DNA of 58,323 bases, taken from Chloroflexota bacterium (GTDB lineage Bacteria; Chloroflexota; Anaerolineae; UBA4142). The stretch spans positions 1 to 58,323 of the forward strand of contig JAMDCU010000089.1 of assembly GCA_023489485.1 (NCBI GenBank), read 5' to 3'. Below are positions 56,972 to 58,323 of this stretch, piece by piece. Each line of letters opens with the position of its first letter. The stretch's first letter is position 1. Made by a program: the position numbers and the translations under genes. The notes beneath the pieces are model-generated. The model was not told the DNA's origin, did not search any database, and was given only the letters and a program-made list of their open reading frames with translations.

Positions 56972-58323
56972 ATGGCAACACGCTCCATTTGCGCGCGATC
57001 GATGATCGCCCTTTTTGCCATCTTCATTTCTGCTTGTTCCATTATCTCACCCAGCCCACGGGTGCCTACGCCTGTGCCCACATTGGCCTCTACCGGCAAC
57101 GGCGGGGCTCTTCCAACTCTTCTTCCGACCGCGGACTTTACCGGGGCGCCGCCCACGGCGATCCCTTCAACACTCCCTTCACCGGTCATAGTCCCGACCG
57201 TCACTCCGGTCGCGCCGACCCCTCCACCGACCCTACCTCCCAGCGGTTTCTCGCTCCTCGTCAACCCGGACCTCTTGTGGAGCATCCGGTATCCGGCAAA
57301 CCAATTCAGCGTCGAGACACAGAGTGACGGCACGGTGCTCCTCCGCACGAGCGACAAGACAGTTTTTGCTGCCGTGGCAAGCTATGCGGCGACCGGCAAC
57401 GAATTCGGCAGCTCGGGTGAAGGACTACGGAGCCGTGCCCGCGATGCCCTTGAGCGCATTCTCGGCAAGCCACTCAAGAGCTCAAGTGTCATTCAAGGTC
57501 GAACGAGTCTCTTGGAGACAGGAATCAGTTACTCCACGGATGATGGCTTCACGGGTGAAGCGTTCTACGGCCAGACGGGACGGGCGCAGAAGAATTTTCG
57601 GGTCTATGGTTTCTTGTTCGGGTACAAGACGGGCACAGACCCCCGATTAGTGACTACGCTCAAGTCGATGCGCGACTCTCTTATCGCGGTCACAGTGTCT
57701 CCACTGGATGTTGGATCCTCGGGCAAAGCGCTGTGGCTTGTCTTTAGCCAGGGAATGAGAGGATACAATGCACAGCTGGAGGAAGGACATTTCGTCGCCG
57801 TTTACAGTAAGGATGGCGCATGGAAAGAAGTGAGCCACATTGATCTGCAGAATGCCGACTATGTCGCGCCCGATGGCGTTCGGCAGGTACAGGTGGAACC
57901 CACTCATCTCTGGTTCACGGCGGAAAGCGGCGTGGGGGCACATGGTGACTGCTTTGAGCTCATCAGCTTTGACGGTCAGGCCCTCCGCAGCCAAGTGGCT
58001 CACTGCCAATCGGGTCCGGTGGCGGGGTTCCTAAGCGACCTGAATGGGGATGGGATTCCTGAGGTCGTGCTGGACACGAGCGACTATTATGTCTTTTGTT
58101 ACGCCTGCGGCGTTCGTTATGTGGATAGCCAAGTCTTGCGCTGGAACAACGGCCAGTGGATAGAAGTAAACCTCACCAAGCTCTCGGATTCCGCATCCGC
58201 CGATTTACGCAACCTGACGAATCGTGCGGTGGATTTGGCGCAGGGGGAATTCTGGAAAGAGGCGAAGGATACCATCGACCAGGCGATGGCGCTCAATGCT
58301 CAAGACCCGAAAATTCTTCTGCG
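56972..58323 (+). CDS. Secreted lipoprotein, 3'-truncated by the window edge
   Basis: AGGAG RBS, ATG 56972, lipobox ISAC, Pro/Thr linker, DLNGDGIPEV and CYACG. The frame is open to the window end and is absent from the ORF track. Confidence 0.85.
   Translation, partial: MATRSICARSMIALFAIFISACSIISPSPRVPTPVPTLASTGNGGALPTLLPTADFTGAPPTAIPSTLPSPVIVPTVTPVAPTPPPTLPPSGFSLLVNPDLLWSIRYPANQFSVETQSDGTVLLRTSDKTVFAAVASYAATGNEFGSSGEGLRSRARDALERILGKPLKSSSVIQGRTSLLETGISYSTDDGFTGEAFYGQTGRAQKNFRVYGFLFGYKTGTDPRLVTTLKSMRDSLIAVTVSPLDVGSSGKALWLVFSQGMRGYNAQLEEGHFVAVYSKDGAWKEVSHIDLQNADYVAPDGVRQVQVEPTHLWFTAESGVGAHGDCFELISFDGQALRSQVAHCQSGPVAGFLSDLNGDGIPEVVLDTSDYYVFCYACGVRYVDSQVLRWNNGQWIEVNLTKLSDSASADLRNLTNRAVDLAQGEFWKEAKDTIDQAMALNAQDPKILL

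Overview
Bacterial chromosomal window, probably Chloroflexota (Anaerolineae-like). This taxonomy is an inference from the gene families, the TPR-rich Wzy-type glycan locus without LPS genes, and the repeat style. Left ~36 kb: the 3' part of a STAND-ATPase/TPR gene, then a regulatory head (four 11-bp-spaced TTAACC boxes over an extended -10 promoter, a leader terminator, a pseudo-receiver protein, a small paralogous protein and a truncated NusG/RfaH-type antiterminator). A large Wzx/Wzy surface-polysaccharide cluster follows: TPR proteins, GT2/GT4s, methyltransferases, wecB/wecC, a WecG-like GT, a priming transferase, a complete NDP-heptose cassette with its own transaldolase, a Wzc-like kinase and two O-antigen-ligase-family proteins. 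The cluster carries several deletion scars and pseudogenes. At 38-40.4 kb a tyrosine integrase and a degenerate serine-recombinase-like gene sit at the 3' end of a structurally defective tRNA(CAT). The right ~18 kb is housekeeping-like: two aldo/keto reductases (one with a 168-bp in-frame insertion), HtrA, DUF72, a Cmk-like/PD-(D/E)XK/Hpt operon, malQ, SAM-riboswitch-controlled metY-metX-metW, cysK-cysE with a candidate Cys-rich leader peptide, a two-domain thioredoxin and a partial lipoprotein. No CRISPR array, rRNA or intact IS was seen. All family assignments come from motif recognition by eye, not from database searches.
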